This document shows, in pieces, positions 19,372-28,828 of a stretch of 64,000 nt of DNA. The DNA comes from a virus. The notes under the pieces are model-generated. The model saw only the letters and a program-made list of their open reading frames with translations, was not told the DNA's origin and searched no databases. The stretch covers positions 54,012 through 118,011 of the IMG/VR virus record IMGVR_UViG_3300047546_001659; one strand, 5' to 3'. Positions within the stretch are counted from its first letter, which is position 1; each line of letters starts with the position of its first letter. The position numbers and the translations under genes are program-made.

Positions 19372-21727
19372 AAAAGAAACAGGCGAAGATATTCTCCGAG
19401 CTATTATGGAAAAAGGTGGTAAGGGTGGTGGTAGAGCTCAGCAAGCAGCTGCAGAGGCTCTTAATGATGCTGCTGAAAGTATTAAAGAAAATACCAGACA
19501 ACAGGCAAAAATTGGTGAAACCTTAGGTAACGTTTTTAATAATTTTAAAAATTCATTTTCCAGTGCTGGTGGTGGAGGCAGAGGTACGGGTGACGGAACA
19601 GGAGGCCTTGGTGGCCTTGGGGGCGGCGGAAGAAGAAATAATGTTCCAAATATATTATTAGATATCCTAAATGTAAATAGAAGTATCTTAAAATTTACTC
19701 ATTCTAATAATGATGTTCTTTATGATATTCTTGACGCTATTCGTGGCAATGAAAGAAGTAAAATTGAAGAACGTAGAGAAAGATCCACAAGAACTCAACC
19801 TACTGAAGGTACAGGTGCAGGAATAGGCAAAACTTTAACTGGTGCTGGTAATCTCTTTGGTGGTATGGGTAATTTATTGAGTGGATTGGGTGGCGGACTA
19901 GGTAAACTACTTGGTGGTGCAGGCATTGCAGCTTTTCTTTTATCAGAAGCTGATGCAGAAAAAATCAAAAAAAATATTGAAACCCTCTTATCAATTGGTG
20001 AGGGATATGAAAGCAAGCTTGATTTCCTAAAAGAAGGTGGAACTCTTGCTTTAATGTTATATGGAATAGGAACCGGTCTTTCTACATTTGCTATTGGACA
20101 ATTTGCAAATGTTATTACTCAATGGACTACTGGATTTTTAGGTAAAGAAAATTGGGCTGAAACAGTAAAAGATAATGTTGCTGATCTTTTAGAAATAGCT
20201 AATTTACCAAATAGTAATGTAGGTAATGTTGCTTGGCTTACAACGGCTTTGGTTGGTATAGGAACAGGGTTAGCTGTTTTTGGAATTGGTAAAGGCGTTG
20301 AGGGTGGGATTGAAGGTATAGTAAAGGGAATAGATTTCTTTACAAAAGATCAACCATTTGCCCAGAGGTTAAAAGATGAACTTGGAACTTTACTTTCAAT
20401 AGCAGATTTACCACACCAAAATGACGCAGGATGGTTAGCAGGTGCTTTGACTAAAATAGGACTTGGTTTAAGTGTGTTTGCATTAGGCAAAGGTTTAGAA
20501 GGTATTGCATATGCAGGTCAAGAAATAGTTGATTTCTTCACAGGACAACAACCCTTTGCACAAAGAATATATGATGAAGTAAAAACTCTATTATCAATTG
20601 CGGATATTCCTCATGCATCAGATGATGTAACATGGTTTGCTAATATGGCAGCAGGCATCACAGCCGGTTTGGGAGTATTTGCATTAGGAAAAGGGTTAGA
20701 AGGTGGCGTTAATGCTATAACTAGAATTGTTGATTTCTTCGCAGGTCAACAACCTTTTGCTGATAGAATTTATAATGAAGTAAAAACTTTATTATCAATT
20801 GCTGATATTCCTCACGCTTCTGAAAATGTAAATTGGTTTGCAGATGCAATGGCTGGTATAACTGCAGGACTTGGAGTGTTTGCATTAGGTAAGGGTTTAG
20901 AAGGCGGGGTCAATGCAGTAACCAAGATTATTGACTTTTTTACTGGAGATAAACCTTTTGCTCAGAGAATATATGATGAGGTTTCAAAATTATTATCAAT
21001 TACTAAAATTGACGCAGATGGCAAATCTTTCTTCTTAACGATGTCTGATATAGCTGCTGGTCTTGCAGCCTTTACTGTATCAGACTTTGCAAGTTCATTA
21101 GTTAATGTCGGAACTAGTATTTTAAATTTTATATCCGGAAAAAGTAGCCCGTTTGATAAGATTAAAGAATTAGCTAATGATGCTGATAAGTTAGAAAAAG
21201 GTGCCAATGCTTTAGAGAAAATTGCAAATGCATTGTCAACATTTTCTAATATTAAAACCGGTAATTTAGGTGATATTGATTTTGAAGGTATGGCAAAAAA
21301 TCTAGGTCAAGCCATACCATTATTAAATGCTCTCGCAAATGGTGGAACTTTATCTGCAGGTGGTTTATTCAGTTGGCTTAAATCAGATTTAGATTTTGGA
21401 AAAGGTATTCTTGATCCAAATCTAAAACTTGATCAGATGGCATCTGCAATTAGTAAGATTAACTACGTATTAGGTAGAACAACTGATATAACACCTGTTC
21501 AAGGCAATGCTCAAAACGTAAATGCAGCAACTAGACAAAACGCTGTTGATGGTGAAAGTCAAGGTAATAACATCATAGTTGTACCACCAGCAAATGGAAC
21601 TTCAAACGCTTCACGTGAACCACCTATGGTTCCTAGAAGTTCAGGGGCAGTTCAGACCGCCCCTGTTCCATCTTTATTTGATCGTCATATGTACGATAGT
21701 GCTTACTTTGGTGCTGGACACCCTTAA
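19364..21727 (+). CDS. tape measure protein (gp29-like)
   Basis: Follows gp26/gp51; helical Ala/Gly-rich with 66-67 aa tandem repeats. Confidence 0.7.
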   Translation: MAKKETGEDILRAIMEKGGKGGGRAQQAAAEALNDAAESIKENTRQQAKIGETLGNVFNNFKNSFSSAGGGGRGTGDGTGGLGGLGGGGRRNNVPNILLDILNVNRSILKFTHSNNDVLYDILDAIRGNERSKIEERRERSTRTQPTEGTGAGIGKTLTGAGNLFGGMGNLLSGLGGGLGKLLGGAGIAAFLLSEADAEKIKKNIETLLSIGEGYESKLDFLKEGGTLALMLYGIGTGLSTFAIGQFANVITQWTTGFLGKENWAETVKDNVADLLEIANLPNSNVGNVAWLTTALVGIGTGLAVFGIGKGVEGGIEGIVKGIDFFTKDQPFAQRLKDELGTLLSIADLPHQNDAGWLAGALTKIGLGLSVFALGKGLEGIAYAGQEIVDFFTGQQPFAQRIYDEVKTLLSIADIPHASDDVTWFANMAAGITAGLGVFALGKGLEGGVNAITRIVDFFAGQQPFADRIYNEVKTLLSIADIPHASENVNWFADAMAGITAGLGVFALGKGLEGGVNAVTKIIDFFTGDKPFAQRIYDEVSKLLSITKIDADGKSFFLTMSDIAAGLAAFTVSDFASSLVNVGTSILNFISGKSSPFDKIKELANDADKLEKGANALEKIANALSTFSNIKTGNLGDIDFEGMAKNLGQAIPLLNALANGGTLSAGGLFSWLKSDLDFGKGILDPNLKLDQMASAISKINYVLGRTTDITPVQGNAQNVNAATRQNAVDGESQGNNIIVVPPANGTSNASREPPMVPRSSGAVQTAPVPSLFDRHMYDSAYFGAGHP
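20333..21005 (+). repeat. degenerate 198-201 bp coding tandem repeats within the tape measure gene
   Basis: DFF-x-G-xx-PFAQRI units begin at 20333, 20531, 20732 and 20933. Confidence 0.85.
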
Positions 21728-22650
21728 TCAGAAGCTAACTTCTTAAAGAAGCTAAGATCCTCATCGTCTTCATCCCAAGGTGCTGAAGACTCTTGCTTAG
21801 CTGCTGGGATAGAAGGTGCAGGAGCTGCACGTTGAGGTGTTGGGAAAGCTTCATCTTCATCATCAAGAGAAGGAGCCATACGCTGAGGTGAATCAGTGAG
21901 TGTTCCGAGAGCCTTCTCAAGACGCATCTTCAATTCTTCATATGACTTGAAGTGCTTTGCATCAAGAAGTTCTTGAAGTGAATGTTGCTTACCCCAGATA
22001 GCTTTAATCTGCTCATCATCATTTGCAATAGAAGATGGTGAATCAAATTCAGACTTATCATAGTTACGATAGCCTTCTACCTGACGAATCTTCAACTTAA
22101 AGTTTGCTCCATCCCAGAAATCAAAAGGATTAACAGCCTTCTCATCTTGGAATTGTGGATGCATAGCTTCGTTGATCTTATCAAAGATCTTTTTACCATA
22201 CTTAAACAAGAATACCTTGCCTTCGTTTTCTGGACGAGTAGGATCCTTAATAACAAGAATGTTAGAGAAGTATGAAAGGCGACGCTTTTGCTTGCGTACA
22301 ATTTCCTTATTTGATTCAATACCAGAGTTCCAGAGTTTTGTGTTCATCTCTGATACTGGATCTGGTTTATTGAATGTGGTTAGGCTTTTTTCGATATACC
22401 AACCACCAGGACCTTGGAACCCATGGTCCCAAATGCGTACGAACGGCATGTCTTCACCAGCTGGGGCGGGAAGAAAACGAATGATCGCATAGCCATTGCC
22501 GGCTTTGTCGACATCTGGTTTCCAGAAGCGATCGTCGTTGTTTGAACCGTCTTGTTGGGAAACTGTAGAATTGAGCTTGTTGAGCTCGGATGTGAGTTTG
22601 TCAAAGTTAGACTTACGATTTTGTTTAAGTGCTTCGAAATTAATAGTCAT
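21724..22650 (-). CDS. gp32: single-stranded DNA-binding protein gp32
   Basis: DDRFWKP..DKAGNGYAIIRFLP..HGFQGPGGWYIE..NYDKSEF; acidic tail. Confidence 0.95.
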   Translation of the reverse strand: MTINFEALKQNRKSNFDKLTSELNKLNSTVSQQDGSNNDDRFWKPDVDKAGNGYAIIRFLPAPAGEDMPFVRIWDHGFQGPGGWYIEKSLTTFNKPDPVSEMNTKLWNSGIESNKEIVRKQKRRLSYFSNILVIKDPTRPENEGKVFLFKYGKKIFDKINEAMHPQFQDEKAVNPFDFWDGANFKLKIRQVEGYRNYDKSEFDSPSSIANDDEQIKAIWGKQHSLQELLDAKHFKSYEELKMRLEKALGTLTDSPQRMAPSLDDEDEAFPTPQRAAPAPSIPAAKQESSAPWDEDDEDLSFFKKLASD

Positions 22651-22704
22651 AGTATTCTCCGTTGTGTTACGATATATTAATTGTATGATACGTTGTATAT
22701 GAAA

Positions 22705-23280
22705 TCACGAGAATTTATTTCTCAAGATCCCACAATATTTATCTTTATTATACTCCATAAAAGGGTATAATTTTTTACAGTTCATGGCAATTTGAGGCCA
22801 TAGAACTGGGTCATTTATCTGCTTGTTCCAACTACCAAAGAATCGTACACAGTCTTGAATAATAATAAAGGATTCTTTGGTAATCTTTTTACGAACAAGC
22901 AAATTCAGTAGATAAGGATACCCACCATCGTCAGGTACCTTAAAATTCTCATCAAAATTTTCTAATAGATGATCTATATCTGATTCAAACATATATTGAA
23001 GTGTTTGCTTACGCCTCAAATAATCATTATATTTAAATTGATGATCTGTATTAAACATATCACCTATCCAAAGTTTTTGATTCTCTGAAAGATTAGCAAC
23101 CAGAAATGTCTTAGGATCTTCGTGTTTAGACAACTTATAAAACATATATTTGTCTTTGCGTGTTTCAAAAGAGTGTTCTGAAACGTTTGTTTTACCATTA
23201 TACTTTACAAAATCATATGATGGTGAAGTAAAATGATTTTTCAAAGCTACAAATAATTTATAGGCTTCAAAAGGTGTCAT
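22705..23280 (-). CDS. gp59: helicase loader gp59
   Basis: AYKLFVALKNHFT..YDFVKYNGK..RKDKYMFYKL; adjacent to gp32. Confidence 0.85.
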   Translation of the reverse strand: MTPFEAYKLFVALKNHFTSPSYDFVKYNGKTNVSEHSFETRKDKYMFYKLSKHEDPKTFLVANLSENQKLWIGDMFNTDHQFKYNDYLRRKQTLQYMFESDIDHLLENFDENFKVPDDGGYPYLLNLLVRKKITKESFIIIQDCVRFFGSWNKQINDPVLWPQIAMNCKKLYPFMEYNKDKYCGILRNKFS

Positions 23281-23510
23281 ATAGGTAATCTACCCGATCT
23301 TCTTACAAGGTTAAGATTTTCAGCTTCTATTTGAATTTTTGCTTTTAATACTGTACTCTGTTTAATTAGTGAAGCAGCAGTTTCAACTTCAATGTTATTT
23401 GACTCACAGTAATGCATTACAGCGTCAAAATATGTCAAACCTTTAACTGAAGCTAACCTGTCAATTTCTTTTACAAAGTCAGCAGAGGATTTTATATTAC
23501 TTATTTTCAT
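23277..23510 (-). CDS. gp33: late transcription coactivator gp33
   Basis: YFDAVMHYCESNNIEVETAASLI..LKAKIQIEAENLNL. Confidence 0.85.
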   Translation of the reverse strand: MKISNIKSSADFVKEIDRLASVKGLTYFDAVMHYCESNNIEVETAASLIKQSTVLKAKIQIEAENLNLVRRSGRLPI

Positions 23511-24666
23511 CTATATTTCTTTTAAATGCAAGTGTTATGTTTGTGCCACCAAAACCAAATGAATTATTGAGAACTATATTTTGTTCAGTTTCATATGGAA
23601 CATTTGGTAGGAAAATTTCTTCTGATATGCTTTCGTCTTTTTCATCTAAATTCCAATTTGGAATTATTACACTATTTTCAAGAACAGTAATACAGGCTAA
23701 TGATTCAATAGCACCGGCTGCACCAAATAAATGTCCGTGCAATCCTTTAGTAGAGCTGATGGGAATATTCGATGTATATTTACCAAAAATATTTTCTATG
23801 CTTTTTAACTCTACAAGATCACCAATTGGTGTACCAGTTCCATGAGCATTAATATAAGTTACATCTTGAATATCAAAATCCTTTAAAGCAAGAGACATAC
23901 ATTTAACCTGGCCTTCAGTGTTTGGTTTAGTTACAGATTCAGAACCATTTGATACACCATATCCAACTATTTCACAATATATTTTTGCATTTCTTGCAAT
24001 AGCTTTATCGTAATTTTCTAGAATGAATATTACTGAACCTTCTGACATTGTAATACCATTTCTATTTTTAGAAAAGGGTTTACAATCACTACTTAGCGCA
24101 TTCATAGCTTTCCAATAGGCAAATTGCAATTCATTAATACAAGCCTCAGAACCACCAGCTGCTAGACAATCATATTCACCATAAGCAATCTTCTTATAAG
24201 CTTCACCTATAGCTGTAGAGGAAGATGAACAAGCTGTCGAATAAGTAAAAGCGGGACCTTTTAAACCATCTTTAAGAGCTATAAAGTTAGCACCCATATT
24301 AACAACAGAACAAATTAATGCAGAGGGTTTAACTTTTCCTTTTGCAAATAAAGATTTATATGACTCTTCATAAGCTATAGCACCACCACCATATCCAACA
24401 CCTAATAATATTCCCTCTGGATAATTGGAACTATCATTAATAGCATCTTTATAAGATAACCAAGCAAGCCTTGTAAACCTATCTGTAATGTTTAGATCAA
24501 ACCTATCAAAATGACTATCAACATCCTCAGAAACAACATAAGAAGATGAATCAAACATATCTTGTTTAGATCCAAATACACCTCTTATAAATGAATTTTT
24601 TACTGTGGGGTAATCATTGCCAATTGGCGTTCTGCAACCTATACCTGTAATTGCAACTCTGTTCAT
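23497..24666 (-). CDS. beta-ketoacyl-ACP synthase (FabF/NodE-like)
   Basis: RVAITGIG, TACSSS (catalytic Cys), NAHGTGT (His), GHLFGAAG (His), NSFGFGGTN. Confidence 0.9.
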   Translation of the reverse strand: MNRVAITGIGCRTPIGNDYPTVKNSFIRGVFGSKQDMFDSSSYVVSEDVDSHFDRFDLNITDRFTRLAWLSYKDAINDSSNYPEGILLGVGYGGGAIAYEESYKSLFAKGKVKPSALICSVVNMGANFIALKDGLKGPAFTYSTACSSSSTAIGEAYKKIAYGEYDCLAAGGSEACINELQFAYWKAMNALSSDCKPFSKNRNGITMSEGSVIFILENYDKAIARNAKIYCEIVGYGVSNGSESVTKPNTEGQVKCMSLALKDFDIQDVTYINAHGTGTPIGDLVELKSIENIFGKYTSNIPISSTKGLHGHLFGAAGAIESLACITVLENSVIIPNWNLDEKDESISEEIFLPNVPYETEQNIVLNNSFGFGGTNITLAFKRNIDENK

Positions 24667-24923
24667 TTATGATCCATATTATCATAAATGTAATCAACTA
24701 ATCCATTCAATGTTGTTGCAATGTCTTCTATTGTAATTGAATTTATTTCAAAAACATCTTCAAGTTCAAAAAGAATATTAATGACTTCCATAGAATCTAA
24801 TTTTTCATTTAATTCTTGAAGTCTGTTGAGAGGGAAATCACTATCTAAAACATTTATGTTAATATTATAATTTTTATTAAAGTAGGTAGCAATGGTTTCA
24901 CGGATTTCATCTTTTGTCATCAT
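24663..24923 (-). CDS. acyl carrier protein
   Basis: LDSMEVINILFELEDVFEI phosphopantetheine-site motif; acidic; GAGG RBS before ATG ATG at 24923/24920. Confidence 0.8.
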   Translation of the reverse strand: MMTKDEIRETIATYFNKNYNININVLDSDFPLNRLQELNEKLDSMEVINILFELEDVFEINSITIEDIATTLNGLVDYIYDNMDHK

Positions 24924-24937
24924 AACCTCATAATAAA

Positions 24938-25225
24938 TGGTGGAGAGATTCTGTTTCCAAGCTCTCTCCGGGCTCATATCAAGCAGCGAGTGCTAGATTA
25001 GGTGCAAAGTTATCGTTTGCATTTAGTTTTGTCGCTTCAGTCTCGATCTTGTCTTTACTACACCTGTCGATCCTATTTCGCCCCCATCAAAGATACAGCA
25101 AAGAAGATTTATTTACTGCTGACTCTAATCTTCTATCCAGCATCACTTCTGTATCTATGGTGGAGGCGGAGGGTATCGCACCCTCGTCCAGTATGTCTAT
25201 TCTACTAGATGTCAACAACATCAGC
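24938..25225 (-). ncRNA. ssrA: circularly permuted two-piece tmRNA (alphaproteobacterial type), tag (A)ANDNFAPNLALAA
   Basis: T-arm GAGGG-TGCGATA-CCCTC plus CGCCTCC-A-CCA (ends 25158) precedes 5' acceptor strand GGGGGCG (starts 25085) with G3:U70; tag ORF at 25020-24979; 5' boundary approximate. Confidence 0.92.
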
Positions 25226-25230
25226 AATTA

Positions 25231-25261
25231 TATTTATAGCATATAATTAATTAAATGTCAA
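25231..25261 (-). promoter_or_regulatory. composite sigma70 / T4-late promoter for tmRNA
   Basis: TTGACA-17 bp-TATAAATA. Confidence 0.75.
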
Positions 25262-25269
25262 CTGTAATT

Positions 25270-25971
25270 TTATACACCATTTCTGGTTCTATATACTTCA
25301 CGCCAATGCATCAAATCTTTAACATAATAATCTCGACGATCCTCAAATACCTGAGGAGGTTCATTGTCAACCGAAATAAGAATAACAATTCTACTTACGG
25401 GAATATTGAATCTTTCTTCGTACATAATAGCATAGGCAGAAGCTTGACAGAAGTAATTTAAAATATGATCTCTGTTTTTTAATTTACGAGCTGTTTTAAA
25501 ATCTATAATTGAAAGTTTACCTTTCCATTCAGCAACACAATCAACAGTGCCAGCCATCTTTAAATAATCAGAATAAAGTCTTACTTCTTGTAAATGTATG
25601 TTATCAATATTTCTATCCAACTCAGGTTTAAGTTCATTGAAATTAATGACATCATTAAAATTATATTTGCTTACATCTATCTCATTATTGTTTAGATAGT
25701 CTTCACACAACTGATGTATACGTGTTCCACGAGTAGCAGCTTGTGTGCTTATTTTATTGGCTTCTTCATTACCAACTCTTTTACGCCAAGCTCGAATCGC
25801 ATCTTCACTCATTAATCCAGTTACAGTAGTCACAGAGGGATATAATTCACCGGAAGGAGTTTTATAATACCTTCCGGTGTCTGTATTGACTTGTTCTAAT
25901 ACATCCTCATTAAGGGTCTTTTTGAGATGAGTGAAGTGCTTGCGTTGGGCTAAAATGTCCTTGAGTAGCAT
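25270..25971 (-). CDS. PD-(D/E)XK exonuclease (Cas4-like phage exonuclease)
   Basis: YPSVTTV..WRKRVG..RGTRIH..AGTVDC..IIDFKT..Q..AYA. Confidence 0.85.
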   Translation of the reverse strand: MLLKDILAQRKHFTHLKKTLNEDVLEQVNTDTGRYYKTPSGELYPSVTTVTGLMSEDAIRAWRKRVGNEEANKISTQAATRGTRIHQLCEDYLNNNEIDVSKYNFNDVINFNELKPELDRNIDNIHLQEVRLYSDYLKMAGTVDCVAEWKGKLSIIDFKTARKLKNRDHILNYFCQASAYAIMYEERFNIPVSRIVILISVDNEPPQVFEDRRDYYVKDLMHWREVYRTRNGV

Positions 25972-26710
25972 TATGTAATATTCCGTTCTCTATCATATTT
26001 CTTTTAATTATAAAGTCTTTTACGAGACCGGATCTCACAATATCATTCTCGCTAAACTCAATACATGAAAAATATTTTGACATTCTATCAAGTATTTTCA
26101 TAAATCTATGAATGCCTTCTTTTTCATCATCCCATTTTAAATCAGTTTGTCTATAATCTCCACAGAAAATAATCTTAGAGTTATGTCCGACTCGGGTGAT
26201 GATTGTATTAAGTTCTTGATATGTCATATTTTGACATTCATCAACTATTATAATTGTATTGTCTAATGTAAGTCCTCTTAAGAAAGAAGATGTTTCAAAT
26301 TGTATTAGATTTTTTTGTTTAAGTATTTCGTAAGCATCGCCTCTATTATAAAGCTGAGAGCATATTGCTTGATAGGGGGCTTCATATACTTTAGATTTTT
26401 CTTTTATGGAACCGGGTAAGAAACCCATATCTCGAGAGGGGACTACTGAGCGTATTATTGTAACACTATTATATTCTCTATACTCTTCTATTTCTGATAA
26501 GGCAAGATAAAGTGATATAAATGATTTGCCTGTACCAGGAAGACCGTGAATTAAAAGATTTTTACCATTAATAAATTCTTTAAATACTTTTTCTTGATTT
26601 AATGTTTTAGGTGTTACAGTCTTTAGTTCGAGGTTATTTTTTGTTTGTTTTTGCTCCTGACGCTTTTGTTGTTTCAGTAGTCTCTTTTCTGCGCGAGATA
26701 GTCTTTCCAT
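25910..26710 (-). CDS. phoH: PhoH-like ATPase
   Basis: GLPGTGKS, MGFLPG, LRGLT, DECQN, TRVG, GDYRQTD, DIVRSGLV. Confidence 0.93.
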   Translation of the reverse strand: MERLSRAEKRLLKQQKRQEQKQTKNNLELKTVTPKTLNQEKVFKEFINGKNLLIHGLPGTGKSFISLYLALSEIEEYREYNSVTIIRSVVPSRDMGFLPGSIKEKSKVYEAPYQAICSQLYNRGDAYEILKQKNLIQFETSSFLRGLTLDNTIIIVDECQNMTYQELNTIITRVGHNSKIIFCGDYRQTDLKWDDEKEGIHRFMKILDRMSKYFSCIEFSENDIVRSGLVKDFIIKRNMIENGILHNATQGHFSPTQALHSSQKDP

Positions 26711-26723
26711 ATAGCACCTCGTG

Positions 26724-26960
26724 TTACCATGTGTTGATAGTATTATTCCTCCCACTAGCTTTTTTAACACGCTTTAAAACATCACGAAACCCTCCATCAG
26801 GTTTTCTCAAACCTAATCGAGTTGGATCTGCAATAGCAGGAGCCGATAATACTTGTTGAAGATGTGGATTGTTTTCTATGTAGGTGTCTAGTTCAGAGAT
26901 TGGCATTGAGATGTCAAACTCTTTGTTGGTCTTAGTATCGTAGAACGTATAATTAGCCAT
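26724..26960 (-). CDS. FmdB-like small protein
   Basis: MANYTF..NPHLQQ..P..GFRDVL pattern typical upstream of phage phoH. Confidence 0.55.
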   Translation of the reverse strand: MANYTFYDTKTNKEFDISMPISELDTYIENNPHLQQVLSAPAIADPTRLGLRKPDGGFRDVLKRVKKASGRNNTINTW

Positions 26961-27150
26961 TAACTACTACACCCTTAGACTTCCAGTATGCCTGAATGTC
27001 ATCTTTATTTAGGGGATCATACCCTTTAGAACGCATTTCTTCTTCAACTAAATCTTCCAAATAAGCCTTTTCATTAAGGTTTCTTGGATTGTAATATTCA
27101 TCAATAATCTTATTAACTACTTCTTTGTTGCTATTAAGAATCTGAGACAC
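26953..27150 (-). CDS. hypothetical protein
   Basis: Overlapping ORF chain. Confidence 0.55.
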   Translation of the reverse strand: MSQILNSNKEVVNKIIDEYYNPRNLNEKAYLEDLVEEEMRSKGYDPLNKDDIQAYWKSKGVVVNG

Positions 27151-27319
27151 TTAACATCTCCCTAAGTTTGGTTTGAACTCTTTTTAATGCTTCTGGTTCG
27201 TGTTCTTTAAAAACTACTAGTGTTTCATGAACGCCTTTTTTATGGCCTTCAAACCAATAGTATACTGCTACAGCTGCTAAAAGCAGTGTATATAGAATTG
27301 CGCTTGTTAAATTGTCCAT
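27134..27319 (-). CDS. small membrane protein
   Basis: N-terminal hydrophobic helix; coupled overlaps. Confidence 0.55.
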   Translation of the reverse strand: MDNLTSAILYTLLLAAVAVYYWFEGHKKGVHETLVVFKEHEPEALKRVQTKLREMLSVSDS

Positions 27320-27510
27320 CAGTCGTCTTCGTATGAAAGGAGTCTATCTAAATTTTTAGAACGAAGAGCATTATCATAATTACGATAATGCTTTTGCATT
27401 TTTTCTCGCTTTACTTCTCTAAAGCTGAGATTTTCTTCTTCTATAAAATTATTTGGAGGTTTCTTTTTATTTTTAAATTCGGTTTTATGGAATTTAGACG
27501 TATTGCTCAT
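27319..27510 (-). CDS. hypothetical basic protein
   Basis: Coupled overlaps. Confidence 0.55.
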   Translation of the reverse strand: MSNTSKFHKTEFKNKKKPPNNFIEEENLSFREVKREKMQKHYRNYDNALRSKNLDRLLSYEDD

Positions 27511-27935
27511 TCGGAAATTAACCCTGGGAAAGCTGCCATTACTACTTCTTTGTTTATTCCTTTATAAGGACATTTTTTATCCTTCATGTTGATTAAGAGT
27601 TCTGCATCATCAGGACTTACTGCTTCAAGCATTTGGATAAAAATTTGTTCACGTCTTATTTTTGTTAGATTAGGATTACCTTGTTCTGCTAACAAATAAA
27701 AACGAGAAACTTCGTTGTGTAGAGCTTTAGGCTCATCAAATTGATTTGGATTGAAAGGAGGTTTCCCTTCTGGTAAAGGAAATTTGACATTAGGATCAAA
27801 CATGCCCTGCAAGATAGATCTGAGCGTGTAATTACTATTTTGTTTTAAAGCTTCTATTCTATCTTCTTTTTTCTTTATTTCACTAATTTTTGCTAACAAC
27901 TTTGCAGTTGAGTCCATCTTAAATTGAAAAGCCAT
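27507..27935 (-). CDS. conserved T4-like hypothetical protein
   Basis: FDP..LPEG.PP..RREQIFIQMLE..AELL..MKDK. Confidence 0.65.
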   Translation of the reverse strand: MAFQFKMDSTAKLLAKISEIKKKEDRIEALKQNSNYTLRSILQGMFDPNVKFPLPEGKPPFNPNQFDEPKALHNEVSRFYLLAEQGNPNLTKIRREQIFIQMLEAVSPDDAELLINMKDKKCPYKGINKEVVMAAFPGLISE

Positions 27936-28780
27936 TAAAAATCACCTACGTTTTCCATCATGAGTTTAAGTTTATGTGTTATAAAATAATTAAACAGTTT
28001 ACTTCTATCCTTGCCCTGTTCGTTTAGATATTTATTAATAACTTCATTTTTAATACCTTCAGGAACCATAGAAAGATCAACCATATGTTTATTACGCATA
28101 AAGTTTCTATCAGTGGTGCTATCTAAAAGAACAGCTCCATCGTTATATATCTTATTGATTTTCTTTTGTGTCAAGGGTTTCTGACGTTTGTCTGTAACAA
28201 ATGTATCGTCATCAGATAGCACATTAGGAACACCATCCCCGGCATCACCCTTGAGGATATGTTCCAAAAGAAATCTTTCAGGATTATCATGATTGATCCA
28301 TTTCTTACGAACAGGATCATACTGTTTGACATTAGAGTAAGTTTGAAGCTGAACGAAATCTTTATCACCAGATAGAATAAGGATTTTATGCCCATCATTG
28401 GTGCATTTTACAAGGGAAGCAATAATATCATCCGCTTCCGCTGAATCAACTTGAATAACAGGATATGGAAAATTATCTTTAATTTCAGTCTTTATCTTAT
28501 TAAAGATTTCAAATACCTGTGTCCAATTAATCTCAGACTCTTCACGATTCTTTTTGCGATTGGCTTTATAATAAGGAAAGATCTGCTTACGCCAATAATT
28601 TTTATCGTCACATGCTATAACCATCTCACCATATTCGTCACCAAATTTCTGCTTGTATGAACGAAGTGAGTTGATTACCATATGACGAAACAGACCTTCT
28701 TCGATAGGAATGTTTGTGTGATTTCCCAACTGCATCATTAGGTTGGAAATCATTACCTGGTTAAAGTCAACTATTATCAT
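27935..28780 (-). CDS. rnh: T4-type RNase H (5'-3' exonuclease)
   Basis: IIVDFNQ, YWRK..PYYKANRK, AEADDII, SGDKDFVQL, GDAGDGVPN. Confidence 0.92.
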   Translation of the reverse strand: MIIVDFNQVMISNLMMQLGNHTNIPIEEGLFRHMVINSLRSYKQKFGDEYGEMVIACDDKNYWRKQIFPYYKANRKKNREESEINWTQVFEIFNKIKTEIKDNFPYPVIQVDSAEADDIIASLVKCTNDGHKILILSGDKDFVQLQTYSNVKQYDPVRKKWINHDNPERFLLEHILKGDAGDGVPNVLSDDDTFVTDKRQKPLTQKKINKIYNDGAVLLDSTTDRNFMRNKHMVDLSMVPEGIKNEVINKYLNEQGKDRSKLFNYFITHKLKLMMENVGDF

Positions 28781-28828
28781 GTTATATGTTCCACTTAATC
28801 TACTATAATTTATTATATAGTAATTAAT

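Noticed and set aside
24924-25246. ORF-track calls 25002-25208(+), 25049-25246(+) and the N-terminal extension of the ACP to 24977
   Set aside because: They overlap the tmRNA; the ACP has a better RBS and start at 24923/24920
25270-25971. Cas4-like nuclease as a sign of a CRISPR system
   Set aside because: No repeat-spacer array or other cas genes seen; lacks the Fe-S Cys cluster; common phage exonuclease
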